The translations under genes were made by a program, and so were the position numbers. Shown piece after piece: positions 1 through 11,760 of a stretch of 64,000 nt of DNA; within the stretch, counting starts at the first letter, position 1, and each line of letters begins with the position of its first letter. The stretch lies in contig JBHGNT010000005.1 of assembly GCA_043228905.1 (NCBI GenBank), positions 7,626,001-7,690,000 of the forward strand, read 5' to 3'. This stretch comes from Azolla caroliniana. Taxonomy: Eukaryota; Plantae; Polypodiophyta. The notes below the pieces were generated by a model. It did not search any database. It was not told the DNA's origin and saw only the letters and a program-made list of their open reading frames with translations.

Positions 1-552
1 GCCCTGTGTCCTGTAGCCCTTGTTGGCGAGAGAGTACTCACCGAAATATTTGATGAGTTGCTCGGAGGTAGGATTGTCGATCGTGTAGATGCCTCCCTCC
101 GGAAGGCCTATTAACGCACGGATCGCCTCCTCCGTGATCACCTCTGTGTCGATTTCTTTGATAATCTTTTCGGTCTCCTTGTGTGGCGCCGCCTCCATGA
201 TTGTTAAAAAACCCTCCAGTCCGTGCTGCTGTAGCCATTTCTTGGCGGCTTCCGACAACGTTTGGCAGTCCATCTCTGCATCGAGGTCGGAGAGCGTTGG
301 CGAGGTTTGGTGGTGGGGAGAGTGTGAGAGAGAAATTTTTGAGGGAGGGGGTTCTTTGTGTGCGAGCTCTCTGCGATTGATCTTCACGCGTCTGTCTGCG
401 TCTGTTCTCCTTGGTTCGCGATAGGAGAAGGTCTCGATGCGTGGGGGTTTTTCTCTCTCCATCTTGGCGCCTTTTTCGAGCCTCCGCATGTGCAGGTCGT
501 GTACTATAATAGCATTGTGTGCCATGTGCCGGTGGTTTAATGTCCTATTCAT
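1..552 (-). CDS. Extra ORF downstream of integrase in element A (unknown/env-position protein), runs off window edge
   Basis: Manual translation is open from 651 to 1 (first ATG 552): ...AKKWLQQHGLEGFLTIMEAAPH...IRALIGLPEGG...LIKYFGEYSLANKGYRTQG; aligns with the ORF at 59890-60515. Absent from the ORF track because it has no stop in the window. Confidence 0.7.
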   Translation of the reverse strand, partial: MNRTLNHRHMAHNAIIVHDLHMRRLEKGAKMEREKPPRIETFSYREPRRTDADRRVKINRRELAHKEPPPSKISLSHSPHHQTSPTLSDLDAEMDCQTLSEAAKKWLQQHGLEGFLTIMEAAPHKETEKIIKEIDTEVITEEAIRALIGLPEGGIYTIDNPTSEQLIKYFGEYSLANKGYRTQG

Positions 553-859
553 AGCCCCTCGTACCTTTTTGACGTGCCTCTTTACTCCTCGTTTGCATGG
601 CCGTTTCCACCACTCCTTTTCATGATTTATTTGATTCCATTCGATTTTTACTTACTTTTTTTTTTTTTTTTTTTAAGATTAATTGTGTGGTTAATTTTTC
701 TCCGGTTCTGTTGGACCCTTACCCGAAATGCGCACCTTGCCAGCCTCTTGACGGTTTGCCGTCGTTATGCTTTCCCCGGTTTCCGGCTCGTACTCCCCCT
801 TACCGGCTTGGTGGTAGCCGTTTTCCTCACGGGTTGCCGTCGTGGTTGGCCTGCCGGCG

Positions 860-3800
860 TCTAATTCGGTGGCGATCCTTCATGCAAATGGGTTCTTGGG
901 CATAGGTCCTTTGTATGGCTTTAGTCTAAATCCGTTGACCCATTTACCCTGCACTTCGCCAACAAGTGTCCCTAACTGGTAGGATCCATTGAAGTCGCGT
1001 GTGATCTAGTACGGTCCGGTCCATCTAAATCGTAGTTTGCCTGGCATTTTACCCATCCGGGTCTGGAACACTAGTACCGGCTTGCCAATTTCGAACATTT
1101 CTTGTTTCCCTTCCGGTGCCGATCTACAAACGCTTTCCGTCGCCGTTGTTCCAATTCCAGGTGCATGATGCTCGCCAATCGGTGTTCCTCTAGTTCACAC
1201 AGAGCCTTTAACCTAATTGCCTCCGATTCTTTTTCATTGAGTCGTTCCCGAATCTGAATCCGTAAGCTCGGTACCTGGAATTCGACCGGCATGACTGCCT
1301 CTAATCCGAATGCTAACCGGAACGACGTTGTTCGGATGCTTGTTTTGTACGATGTCCGGTAAGCCCAGAGCGCACTGTGCAGCTTCGTGTCCCAATCTGT
1401 CTGATTTTCATTGACGATCTTGCGCAGGATATTCTGTAGCGTTTTGTTTGTTGACTCCGCTAATCCGTTGGCTTGTGGGAGTACGGGGTGCTCCGTTTAT
1501 GTACTACCGCATAGAATGACGTCAAGCTCTCCACTACCTATCCTAGAAAGTGCCCTCCTTGGTCGCTTATCAGCTCTATTGGGCATCCATACCAGCACCA
1601 AATGCATTCATATAAGAATTTTTCCATCGATGTCGCGATGTTATCTCGTAAGGCTTTGGCTTCCACCCATTTAATGCAGTAGTCCGTCGCGACGATAACA
1701 TATCGGTTGCCAGTTCTCATTGCCGGTGGTTTAAATGCTCCGACAAAATCCAGACCCCATTTTTGAAATGGTTCTAGCGATAGTACTGGCTGGTGCGGCA
1801 TCCTAGCTTGCTCCGTTGGCTGGCATAGATCACACTCTTTTGCGTACCGGACTGCGTCTTTCAATGTAGTCAGCCACCATAGCTCACTTTGCCATATCTT
1901 CCTTGCCGTAGCATCCCCGGCATAATGGCCTCCGGCGACTCCGCAGTGTGCTTCCCGTAGTATTACCTCTTTCTCGTCGCTGTGCACCGCTTGTCGCCAT
2001 GTACCGTTTGCACCTTTGTGGTATAGCATGTCCTGGAGTAAACAGAAGTGCTGGCTTTGTACCGCCAGGCGCTTCCTCTCGTCCCGGTTCATCTCCTTCG
2101 GAGGCAATCCGGTACTCAGAAACTGGTGCATATTAGTTAGCCACTTATCTTCTTGTGCCACCGTTTCATCTGTTGCCGTTTCCGTGGTGACTCGAAAAAG
2201 CTCTGCATCCGGAAACTCGTCCGATACTCCGTCACCCGTTTCACCGGAATCTAACTGGCTTCGATAATCTGCTACCGCATGCTGTATGCCGGGTCAGTGG
2301 AATATCTCGAACTCGAATTCCTGTAATAGCAAAGTCCATCGGGCCAACTTACCAGTAAGTGACGCTTTGGACACTAGGTAGAGGAGTGCCGAGTGATCTA
2401 CATGGAAGGAAAACTTTCTTCCCAATAAATAGTGCCTGAATTTTGTTACACTGTAGATCATGCCTAAAGCTTCCCTTTCCGTGGTGGAGTAATTTCGTTC
2501 GGCTTGGGATAACTTCCGGCTTGCGTAATATACGGGCCGATACCATCTTGGCTCTGTAAGTTCCATCAACGCACTCCCGATTGCAATGTCGGACGCATCC
2601 ACGAACACATGAAATTCCTTCACCCAATCCGGGGGTTGCCCTTACAGTGAATGGTTTCAAATAGCTGACGTGAAAACAAAATTGGCAGGTAAGAGGAAAC
2701 CGTGGCCCTATATTTGAAGATGGTCCTAATTTTGACCTAGCATTCCAACTATTTGCACTACCTGCGCTTGCGACAATAGAACTTTGAGTGCCCGGTATGC
2801 CTTATCTTCGGTATTGGTCCACTGGAACGGTGTTCAGTGTACCGCAACATGCAGTGGTGTAGTTAGGTCCGCCAAATACCGGAGCATTCGGCTATGCCAA
2901 TGGATTTGTTCTAAGAAACGGCTCAATGCCTTTGCCGTTTTTGGTGCCGGCGCCTCCAGGATCGCTTTTACTTTGTCCGGATCCACGACAATGACTTCCT
3001 TGCTCACAATATGCCCTAGTAGCGTTCCGCTGGACACTCCAAATACACACTTCGCCGGATTCAGGCTTAGCCGGTACGCCCTACACTTCTCTAGACATAG
3101 TCTGAGGTGCTGCAAATGATCTTCTTCTCGGCTATAGACGGCAAAGTCGTCAAGGAACACCTGCATAAAAGCCGGTATATATTCGCCAAAGATCTCCATG
3201 ATGATCCGTTGGAATGTTGTCGATGCCGTTTTCAGTCCGAACATCATCACCACAGCAACAAACACTCCCCATTCGGTGACGAAAGCCGTTTTCTCTTGAT
3301 CATCAGGGTGCATCCGGATCTGATTATACCCGCTGAATCCGTCTAAGAAACTGTAGACTTCATGGCCGGCGACGACATCCAAAACTCCATCCGTAAACGG
3401 AAGTGGAAATGCATCCGTTACCGTTGCCGCATTGAGCTTCCTATAGTCGACACAGACTCTAATTTTGCCGTTCTTCTTTGGTACGACTACGATCGAGCTC
3501 AGCCATGTAGATTTCTTCACGGGACAGATGAAGCCAACCCTCAGCAATTTATCGATTTCCACCTTGACTTTGGCGGCGTAGTTTGGGTTCATCCGGTACC
3601 GACGTTGTGCTATTGGCTTGGCGTCTTTGCTCAGATGTATCTGGTGTTGATACAACTGAGTATCCAGCCCTCTCATATCCTCGTAAGACCAGGCAAATAC
3701 GTCGCGAAACTCGTTGAGGAGTGTAATTATCGCAGTTTTGTTCTCTACATTCATTTCTTTGGCGACATGCACCGGTTTTGCCTCCTCCGCCGTTCCTAGA

Positions 3801-4544
3801 TTTACCTCTTGTAATTGAGACGCTTTTACGCGTTGTGATACGGCCATTTCTCTTTCCAACGCCTCCTGCGCTTGCCGTAACTCCCGAATTGCTTCTCTAT
3901 CTGGTCCTGCTTCGGTTCCGTCCGGTTGCAGTAAGTAGGGTGATACCGCTTCGGCGACGTCAATTTCGAATAGAGGTACAATCTTCGGGTTCTCCTGCAA
4001 GTACTGATCTTCTTCTTCGTCTACTAATCCTTCCAGCATATTGACGCACTCTGCATATAATGGTGTCAGATCCTTGCCGGTGCCCTTCCTTGGTTGTGTT
4101 GGTACCTGTACCTTCGCTTTTCCCCGCCGAAATGTAATCATATTCCTCCTCCAGTTCTGCTTGATGTGTGCCGTCTTTAACCAAGGGCGTCCCAACAATA
4201 ATGTATGCTCCTGGAGCCTGCAACTGGAGAACTACGACTGAGATTCGGAATGTGTGGCCCCCGATGGTTACTTCTAAGTCCCGTATTAATCCTGTCGGTC
4301 GCACCGAGCTTGTGTCCGCCATTCGGAGCCAGAACGGACATGGCTCCCACTCTTGGATTCCAATTGCATCGCACGTCCGGATTCTTATTACATTAACGCT
4401 AGATCCTCCGTCTATTATCGTGCCGGGGAGTTCTTTCCCTTTCACAATGGCAGTAATTGCCGGACTGTTGGTGTCCACCACCGTCGGTCCCTCCTCCGGA
4501 TTTGAGAAGAATGCCGGAGCCGGTGGTGTACCGCCTGTCTTCAT
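860..4544 (-). pseudogene. pol (PR-RT-RNase H-INT) of element A, broken by frameshifts, stops and an insertion
   Basis: ORF fragments 3960-4544 (PR), 2834-4198 (RT), 2294-2623 (RNase H), 1538-2161 and 1071-1292 (INT). Confidence 0.92.
2640..2752. other. 113-bp foreign insertion between RT and RNase H, flanked by a TTGC direct repeat
   Basis: TTGC at 2636-2639 and 2753-2756; removing the insert plus one TTGC restores V-V-Q-P-P-D-W, matching VVQPPIW in the relative at ~57560. Confidence 0.75.
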
Positions 4545-4840
4545 GCCGGGCTTGAGTCCTTCTGTGAATCTTGGTACTCACTGCAAGAGTCGTTCTAACG
4601 ACAGCGTGATCTGGCATTCCTACAATGCATGCCATGTCGCGTTTTCAAACTGACTGCCGACGACGAGCTCTTCGGTGTTCTCCTTTTGCTGTGCAAGTTC
4701 TGCTACGTTTCGCTCATTTGCCTTTTTCACCCATTCCGTTGCCTGTTTCCGAATGGCCTCTTGTGTCTCCCATTCCGTCGTCTTGCCCTTCGACCTTGTG
4801 GTGACTTGCTGTAGGTCTGCGACTTCGGCGACTACCATGT

Positions 4841-6944
4841 TTACTGCCGGTCGCTTATCATAGCTCTTTGCCGGACATTGATTACTATAATGTCTTTCTT
4901 GCCGGCAATAATAGCAATATGCTTTCCGGGTATTGCTGGATTCGGCATTGTTTCCTGTACCCGGTGGAGGACCTGTGGTAACCGCGGGGCTCTGGTCCAG
5001 TTCGCTGCTTGAGGCACCTTTTTCCGGTTCACGTGGGTGGCTCCCGTTTTTGAAATGCCGTTTTTTATTAAAGTTCTTTTTTTTGCGGTACCCTTGCCGG
5101 GATTGGTCGTCATACCTCCCGTAATCTTTCCGTCGTTGGTGATACCCGGGGGGGTGATCCCGGTTGTGATGCTCGTACCGTCCATTGTAATCTCGGTACT
5201 TGTCATATCTCTTGTACCGGTCATATTTGTCTCGCCGATCGTCGTACCGGACATCCTGTGCTGGTCAATATCGCTCCTCTCACCGTCATCGTTCGTCTTC
5301 TTCGTCTCGGTTGTTTCGTGGCTTGATTTGCCGAACTGGGGGTGCTTGCCGATTCAATAAGTTATATTCGCACCAGTCCATCGTGTGGCTCGTAGATTGG
5401 CAGAGTAAGCAGTGCGTTCGCATGGTGCACTCCAGTGACGAGTGTCCGGAATTCAAGCAGGTCGTGCATTGGATTGCTTACCGGAACCGGAGATCCTCAT
5501 AGGTTGGTAACGCTCGTTGGAGGGCTCCCATTGTTAGCCAAGAGCTCGTTTTCTCCATTTCTCTAACTCGGTCGATGACCTGGTCGACGGTGCTTGTGCG
5601 AAAGTCGATGACCATGCATACCGTTCGTAGAGGTTCCCGGAGCGCGGCTAAAAATATAGCTCGTGTTTCTTCCTCTAGAGGTGCGCGGGTAAGCCCCGGG
5701 TAAGCTGACTGTGCATCTGTTGAAACCGGAGAACAAACTGCGGAATGCTCTCTCGGGGTCCTGCCGGATGGTATAAAATAGGCCCACCATTTCTCTCTGG
5801 TCCACCTCCTTCTGAAAGAAGTGCAAGAATTGATCTTTTAGGTCTGCAAAGGTGGTGATGGTGTTGCAATCCTGCGTCCGGTGCCATATGGCGGCCGATC
5901 CTTCCAATGTCACGCCGAATTTGGCTATCTTATATCGTTCCTCTTCGGCCGCGGTTAACCGTTGTGACACATGGTTCGCCTCCCATGTTTGTTGAAACGC
6001 GTGAACATGGGCCTCTGCGTCCGGATCATCCCTATACTTGGAGTACTGGAACGACATGTCGTCGTCCGGTGTCGATACGCGGGCTGGCGGTGTCGGTGGT
6101 CTTTCCTGCTGTTCTGTTGGCGTCGGAGGTCTTTGCCGGTCTTCCTTTGGTGTTGCCGGCTCGACTTCCGTTGTTGGAGTTTTTTGCCAATCTTTTTCCG
6201 TCTCCGGAGGTTGCTCCACGTTTAGTGCCGGAGGTTCCCAGTCTGCCAACTCTGGTTCCGGTGTCGGTAATGTATCCGACTCCTCGTCCTCCGGTCCTCC
6301 TGGGGTGTTGTTACTGCTGCAATAATTCGTGTGCGCGCTGTAACCCCCTTCCGAATCCGATTCCAGCGCTGAAAATGCTTCGGATTCGCCATCTCTTCCG
6401 GCCACGGCCTGGAGAAGGGTTTCCGCTTCCCGGAGGCTGCTTAAGCTGCTTCCTTCGTCCGGGTAGGCGTTTTGTTGCAAACGGAGCGACTCCTCCGCTA
6501 CTTTCCGGATCACTTTGGAAAATGATCGATCCGATCGGATTTCTTCCGCTGCTTGCTGGAAAACCTCTCAGGGTTTCCGCTTCCCAGAGGCTGCTTAAGC
6601 TGCTTCCTTCGTCCGGGTAGGCGTTTTGTTGCAAACGGAGTGACTCCTCCGCTACTTTCCGGATCACTTTGGAAAATGATCGATCCGATCGGATTTCTTC
6701 CGCTGCTTGCTGGAAAGCCTCTCAGGGTTTCCACTTCCCGGAGGCTGCTTAAGCTGCTTCCTTCGTCCGGGTAGGCGTTTTGTTGCAAACGGAGCGACTC
6801 CTCCGCTACTTTCCGGATCACTTTGGAAAATGATCGATCCGATCGGATTTCTTCCGCTGCTTGCTGGAAAGCCTCTCGCCGCCTTCTCCATTCAGCAAGT
6901 CTTCGTGCTCTCTCCGTAACCAGGTTGTATGTTGGCCTAGTCAT
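4841..6944 (-). pseudogene. gag of element A, frameshifted
   Basis: MTRPTYNL start at 6944; retrotransposon-gag-like segment (FGVTLEGSAAIWH..FADLKDQFL); zinc-knuckle region near 4880-4920; R/D/H/Y-rich low-complexity tract ~5100-5300. Confidence 0.8.
6416..6877. repeat. 3 x 154-bp tandem repeat at the 5' end of gag
   Basis: Units start at 6416, 6570 and 6724 and are near-identical; the peptide IRKVAEESLRLQQNAYPDEGSSLSSL appears in all three frames of the ORF track. Confidence 0.95.
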
Positions 6945-6982
6945 CCATTCCTACCGTTGTTCACTGTGATTGTGCAGGAATC

Positions 6983-6992
6983 GTGGTTGCCA
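6983..6992 (-). promoter_or_regulatory. Primer binding site of element A (TGGCAACCAC, probably tRNA-Arg-like)
   Basis: Follows the LTR end ACACA after a GTTTT spacer; tRNA identity is inferred from resemblance to TGGCGACCAC. Confidence 0.55.
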
Positions 6993-6997
6993 AAAAC

Positions 6998-7389
6998 TGT
7001 GTTACTCCTAGGGCCGGACAAGAGCCTAATACAGGGTGTCCACTTAAGACACTTCACCAAAGGGTGGTACAGCAGAATGACTTACGGCACAACGCTTAAT
7101 TAGACCTTAATCGATTACTTAACAATACATCATTAACACGCGTAAGATATACAATAAGCACAGAACGGTAATCAACACTGAAAGATTAAGGCAATAAGTT
7201 CTATTAATTATCCACTCTCAATTACATTGTAACCGGGCCTTTATATAGGTCCCCGGTGTGAAATACAAAACGGTGCCAACCGGCACCTTTTCGGAATCGG
7301 TCCGGATCCGGATCGGCATACCGATTCCGGTCCGTCCGTCCACATCTACTCATATATTACTATATATTTTAAGACTACTAATTACAACA
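6998..7389 (-). repeat. 5' LTR of element A (392 bp)
   Basis: Minus strand TGTTGTAAT...GTAACACA, TATA-like TATATAAAG near 7240, immediately followed by the PBS. Confidence 0.8.
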
Positions 7390-7454
7390 GTTCCCAAATA
7401 AACTATTCCTTTTCACACTCTGGTTTGGACCTCCTTAAGCCTTCTTGCCAGCCG

Positions 7455-9769
7455 ATTGCACTCTTGCAATATAAAGTGAGGAAATTGTGTCTTAAAGAGT
7501 ATGCTCGCATTCCCATGTGGCATCATCAATAGGTTTATCCATCCATTTGATTTTGAATAGCCGAATCTCTTTAGAACTTAAACGTTAAGTATGAGAATCA
7601 AGAATTCATTTAGGAACATAAGGTTTGTAAGTAAAACCCTCTAATGTTACAAGATCTTGGATTGTGATGATGTTATCACCAGAGCCTAAAAATGGATTTA
7701 AACGACTGACGTGAATAACGGGATGAATACCAACGTTACGGGGTAAGGCAAGGTGATAAGCAAATGACCCGACTCGCTTAAGGATTTCAAATGGGCCACA
7801 ATATCGTGGGGCTAACTTAGCGCACTTGCATGTAGACAATGACATAGAGTTAGTAGGGACACACAAAAAAACTTTTTGACTAATAGTAAATACACGATGA
7901 CGACTATCCTAACCAACATAAAATCGAGCACGATTTTGAGCTATTTTGACATTTTCTTTGGCAATATGCAACATTTGGTTCATGTCTTGCAAAAAATTGT
8001 GTGTACAGTCTAATGTATCACGATGAATCATGACATCGACTGGGGCACGTGGCCGAAAACCATACATCAACATAGAAGGACTATATCCAGTGGATATATG
8101 TTTAGAGCTATTATAGGCAAATTCTAAGATAGGAAGGTATTGTTCCCACTTAGAAGGGGTTTTTGCTACATAAGCTCGAAGTATGTCCTCAATAATTTGA
8201 TGTCCATCAGATTGAAGATGATCTACAAAACTCATGCTCAATGTAGTTTCTAGTTTCTTAAAGACCTCAGTCCAAAAGTCACTAGTAAACTTGGAATCTC
8301 GATCACTAACAATATCCATCGGTAATCCATAAAAATGAAATAACTCATCAACAAATTGATAAGCCAATTATTGAGCGGTTACCGTGGTTTTGGTAGGAAT
8401 GAATCTAGCCAAATTTGTTAGTCAGTCAACAACAACCCAAATGGCATCTTGACCCCTCTGTGTACGAGGTAAACTAACAATAAAATCCATCGAGATATTT
8501 TCCCATTTGTTGTTGGGAATATCTAAGGGATGTAAAAGACCAACGGCTTTAAGCCTTTCCAACTATTAATCTGACATTGTAAGCACTGAGTCACATATTT
8601 ATTCATGTCAGAGCGCATCTTAGGCCAAAAAAAGTACTCGAGATGAGAACGAGTGTGCATTGTATAGCAGGATGACCAACAGATGGTGCATCATGACATT
8701 CATGAAGAATTTCCTGTTTTACGTTTGGTAAATCAAGAACACAGACCTTTCCACTATGGCAGAGCAAACTGTTTGTAATGTGAAAGATTGCCTTCGAGGG
8801 TAGGGTGCTAGTAACGACATCTAAACCAGATTCGGCTTTCATCGAGTATTTCAAGAAATAACTATCATCAAGGTATTTCCCTCGAAGGTGATCTAAAAGA
8901 TCAGATTTTATTTCCATGAAGCTAAGTATGTTAACTTCTTTAATGCGACTAAGAGCATCACGAGGGTGTTCATAGAACCCTTGCGATAACGTATGAAAAA
9001 TCAAAATCTTGCATAAGGTCATCCCAATGGTCTTTACAACCAACAAGATCTGGTTGGTCACAAAAAGACTTCATGGATTGATGGTCTGTTGTAACCACAA
9101 ATTGATTTCCATTGAGATAATGCCTCCATGTTTTTAGTGCATGTATTACCGCGAACAACTCCTTCTCTTGAACCGAATGTTGAGATTGAGTAGCATCAAG
9201 CTTTTTACTTTCAAAACCAATAGGGTGTTCGCCTTGATAAAGGACGGCACCAATAGCATAATCACTAGCATCGGTTTCAATGGAGAAAGGCTTGGAAGGG
9301 TTCAGTAATAGAAGAGTTAGAGGCTGACACACATGCTCTTTGAGTGTCTCAAATGATTTGTCAAGTTGTTCATTCCATGAAATTGGTTTGACAACCTTAC
9401 GTGGATGACCTTTTAAAAGGTCAATCAATGGCAAAGTCAATTTAGAATAATTACGAATTGATTTTTGTAAAAATTTGTTGAGTGACCAGCTCAACATTGA
9501 GTGCGTAATACGGTACGTAACCCAGTGTGTAGACTGGGTGCGTAAAACGATACGCATAACGTGGCCGTATCGGTGCGTAAACCGGAAGGCCATTAGTATG
9601 GTATTCCTCGTAAATAATAATTTTGGGAGTTAGAGTAGTAGGCTCATTTATGAGAATTCAAGTACTGTCAGTACTTGTGTCAGCTCGATAGTCAGGGTTT
9701 GTATAAAAGTGCTCACTGAGCACATCCTATGTATAGATTGATTATTATTTTGAATTGAGTTTCAATGTG

Positions 9770-9806
<37 letters not shown>

Positions 9807-10860
9807 GCGTACTGTGTATATTCAAGCTCTCCATTAAACCTGCGTTTCTATGTTCGGTTTTCTACTTGCTTCCGCACACTATTCTTTACAAAATCCAACA
9901 AATCCTAAGAATGATCGAAGTTCACGAATATTATGAGGAATTGACCAAAGTTTAACCTTTTCAATATGAGAAGGTTCAATTTCAACGCCATTTTCCGTAA
10001 TTAAATGACCTAGGTACACAATAGATTTTTGAAAAAAATCACATTTTGAATGTTTTGCATAGAAAGAGTTGTCACGCAACTTTTGCAAAACAAATCGAAC
10101 ATGTTGAACAGGATCTTGCAAGGTACGACTATATATGAGAATATAATCCAAGAAGACGACAACAAAATCACCGAATTGATCTCGGAAAACATCATTCATT
10201 GCTTGTTGGAATGTGGTTGGAGCATTAGTCAACCCAAAAGGCATGACAAAAAACTCATATAGGCTATAACGCGTACGAAAAGTGATTTTAGGAATATCAT
10301 CCTCATCAATGCAAATCTGATGATAACATGTTCATAAGTCAATTTTCGCAAAATATCGAGCCCCATGCAAACGATCAATCAAATCATCGGCATGATGTAA
10401 TGGATATGCATTTTTAATTGTCAGTTTATTGAAACGGCGATAGTTAATACACATTCGCCATGAACCTTCCTTCTTGTTAACTAAAAGAATTGGCGCACCC
10501 CAAGGTGATTTACTATACCTAATGAGACCCATACTCAAGTATTCCTTAAGTTGTTTGGCGATCTGAGCTTCTTCTAATTGACTAAGTCGATAAGGTGGTG
10601 GAACACTCATAGGAGCAACACTGGGAATGAGTTCAATCTGATGATCCACATTATGTTGTGGTGGTAAAGTAAGCGGCAATTAGTTAGGAAACACGTCTTG
10701 AAAATAATCTAAAATAGAGTCGAGTAATCGTCATTCATAATGTGGTAATTGTGTGGCGTCAAGATGAAAATAATAAAATTGAAGCGTTGGATAAATTACA
10801 CATGAATAAATTGATGAACTAGAATACTCACTTAAATATTTATAAGACAAGTGAACGAAA
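7455..10860 (-). mobile_element. Old degenerate chromovirus (Ty3/Gypsy) pol remnant, same family as 35484-42493
   Basis: Fragments [68 protein letters not shown] and chromodomain DATWE are collinear with the young copy; many stops; no LTRs found. Confidence 0.92.
9476..9890 (+). mobile_element. Solo LTR (415 bp) inserted in the chromovirus RT/RNase H linker
   Basis: TGTTG...TTACA termini; TSD AAATT (9471-9475)/AAATC (9891-9895); TATAAAA at ~9702 then (CT)n; removal restores GFVGF-LQKSIRNYS. Confidence 0.85.
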
Positions 10861-10867
10861 AAAAATT

Positions 10868-10936
10868 TGTAGTGGTTGAACCCATGACCACCTAGTCTCC
10901 ATTGGGCAACCTTACCGATTGAGCTACATCCATTTG
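10868..10936 (-). mobile_element. tRNA-derived SINE-like head (copy 1)
   Basis: Minus strand A box TAGCTCAATCGG and B box GGTTCAACCAC; 65/69 nt identical to 49027-49095. Confidence 0.65.
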
Positions 10937-11529
10937 AGCTCTCTCTCTCTCTCTCTAACACTCTCTTTCTTCATGAGGCATCAACAAATTCCTTTTTGAA
11001 TGCAACCTTTTTGCAACATCAACGTATCATGACATGGTGAAAGTGTGGAGGCTCACCCTTAACATATTATAACCTAACTATAGAACCGTATTCTTCGTTG
11101 AACAGAGAAACCACACACATAAATACATGTTTGAGCCCCTCATTTTTTCTATCATCCAAACCACTAGGGTAAGCTAATTATGACAAAGAGAGAAAGAAAC
11201 ATAGACAGACATGAGATTATTGTGAACTTAGTCAAGGTTATCGGGGTATGTATATCTCATTTAAAGGTTTTGATTGGACTAGAATTGATTATTAATGTTG
11301 ATGTGTTGGAAGCAAGACATGAGATCTATACTGTAGTTGGCATGTATATTGTGAATATAGATATTGGTCAATAATTGGATGCCGATTTTGGAGGAGAGGT
11401 GTTTGGGAAAAAACCTAGTTGGCATGGTATTAGAAATGAAGTCTTACGAAATATGCTTGCATATTCTTCAGATTCCATTTGTCCAAATGTTTCAAGAATG
11501 TTCTGATACTAGTTTCATGTATAAGAGTT

Positions 11530-11760
11530 GGAAGGTACTCAAACTGATACCAAAGGTACCATCCCTTCAAATTTTTTACAATGGAGGCCTATTTCATTGA
11601 TGAGAGGCTTGTACAAAGTGTTTGCAAAGACGTTATACAACAGACTAAAGAAATATTTATCTCAAATTATTCATCTATCTCAATATGGTTTGATTGTATA
11701 ACAAAATATATTGCATAATGTATTGAATGTTCTGATGATAATTGTCAACATACACATCAT
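11530..11760 (+). pseudogene. L1-type LINE reverse transcriptase fragment
   Basis: LIPK..WRPISLMRGLYKVFAKTLYNRLKKYLSQIIHLSQYG across one frameshift. Confidence 0.8.

Larger units (their letters stand above)
1..7389 (-). mobile_element. Ty3/Gypsy LTR retrotransposon (non-chromovirus, Athila/Phygy/Selgy-like), degenerate; 3' end lies beyond the left window edge (element A)
   Basis: Minus-strand order LTR-PBS-gag-PR (IIDGGSSVN)-RT (CVDYRKLN, FLDDF)-RNase H (VDASDIAIG, NYSTTEREAL)-integrase (HCGVAGGH..CDLCQ, WGLDFVG)-extra ORF; no chromodomain or extra archaeal-type RNase H seen. Confidence 0.93.

Noticed and set aside
2640-2752. Spliceosomal intron in pol
   Set aside because: No GT-AG pair tested restores the reading frame
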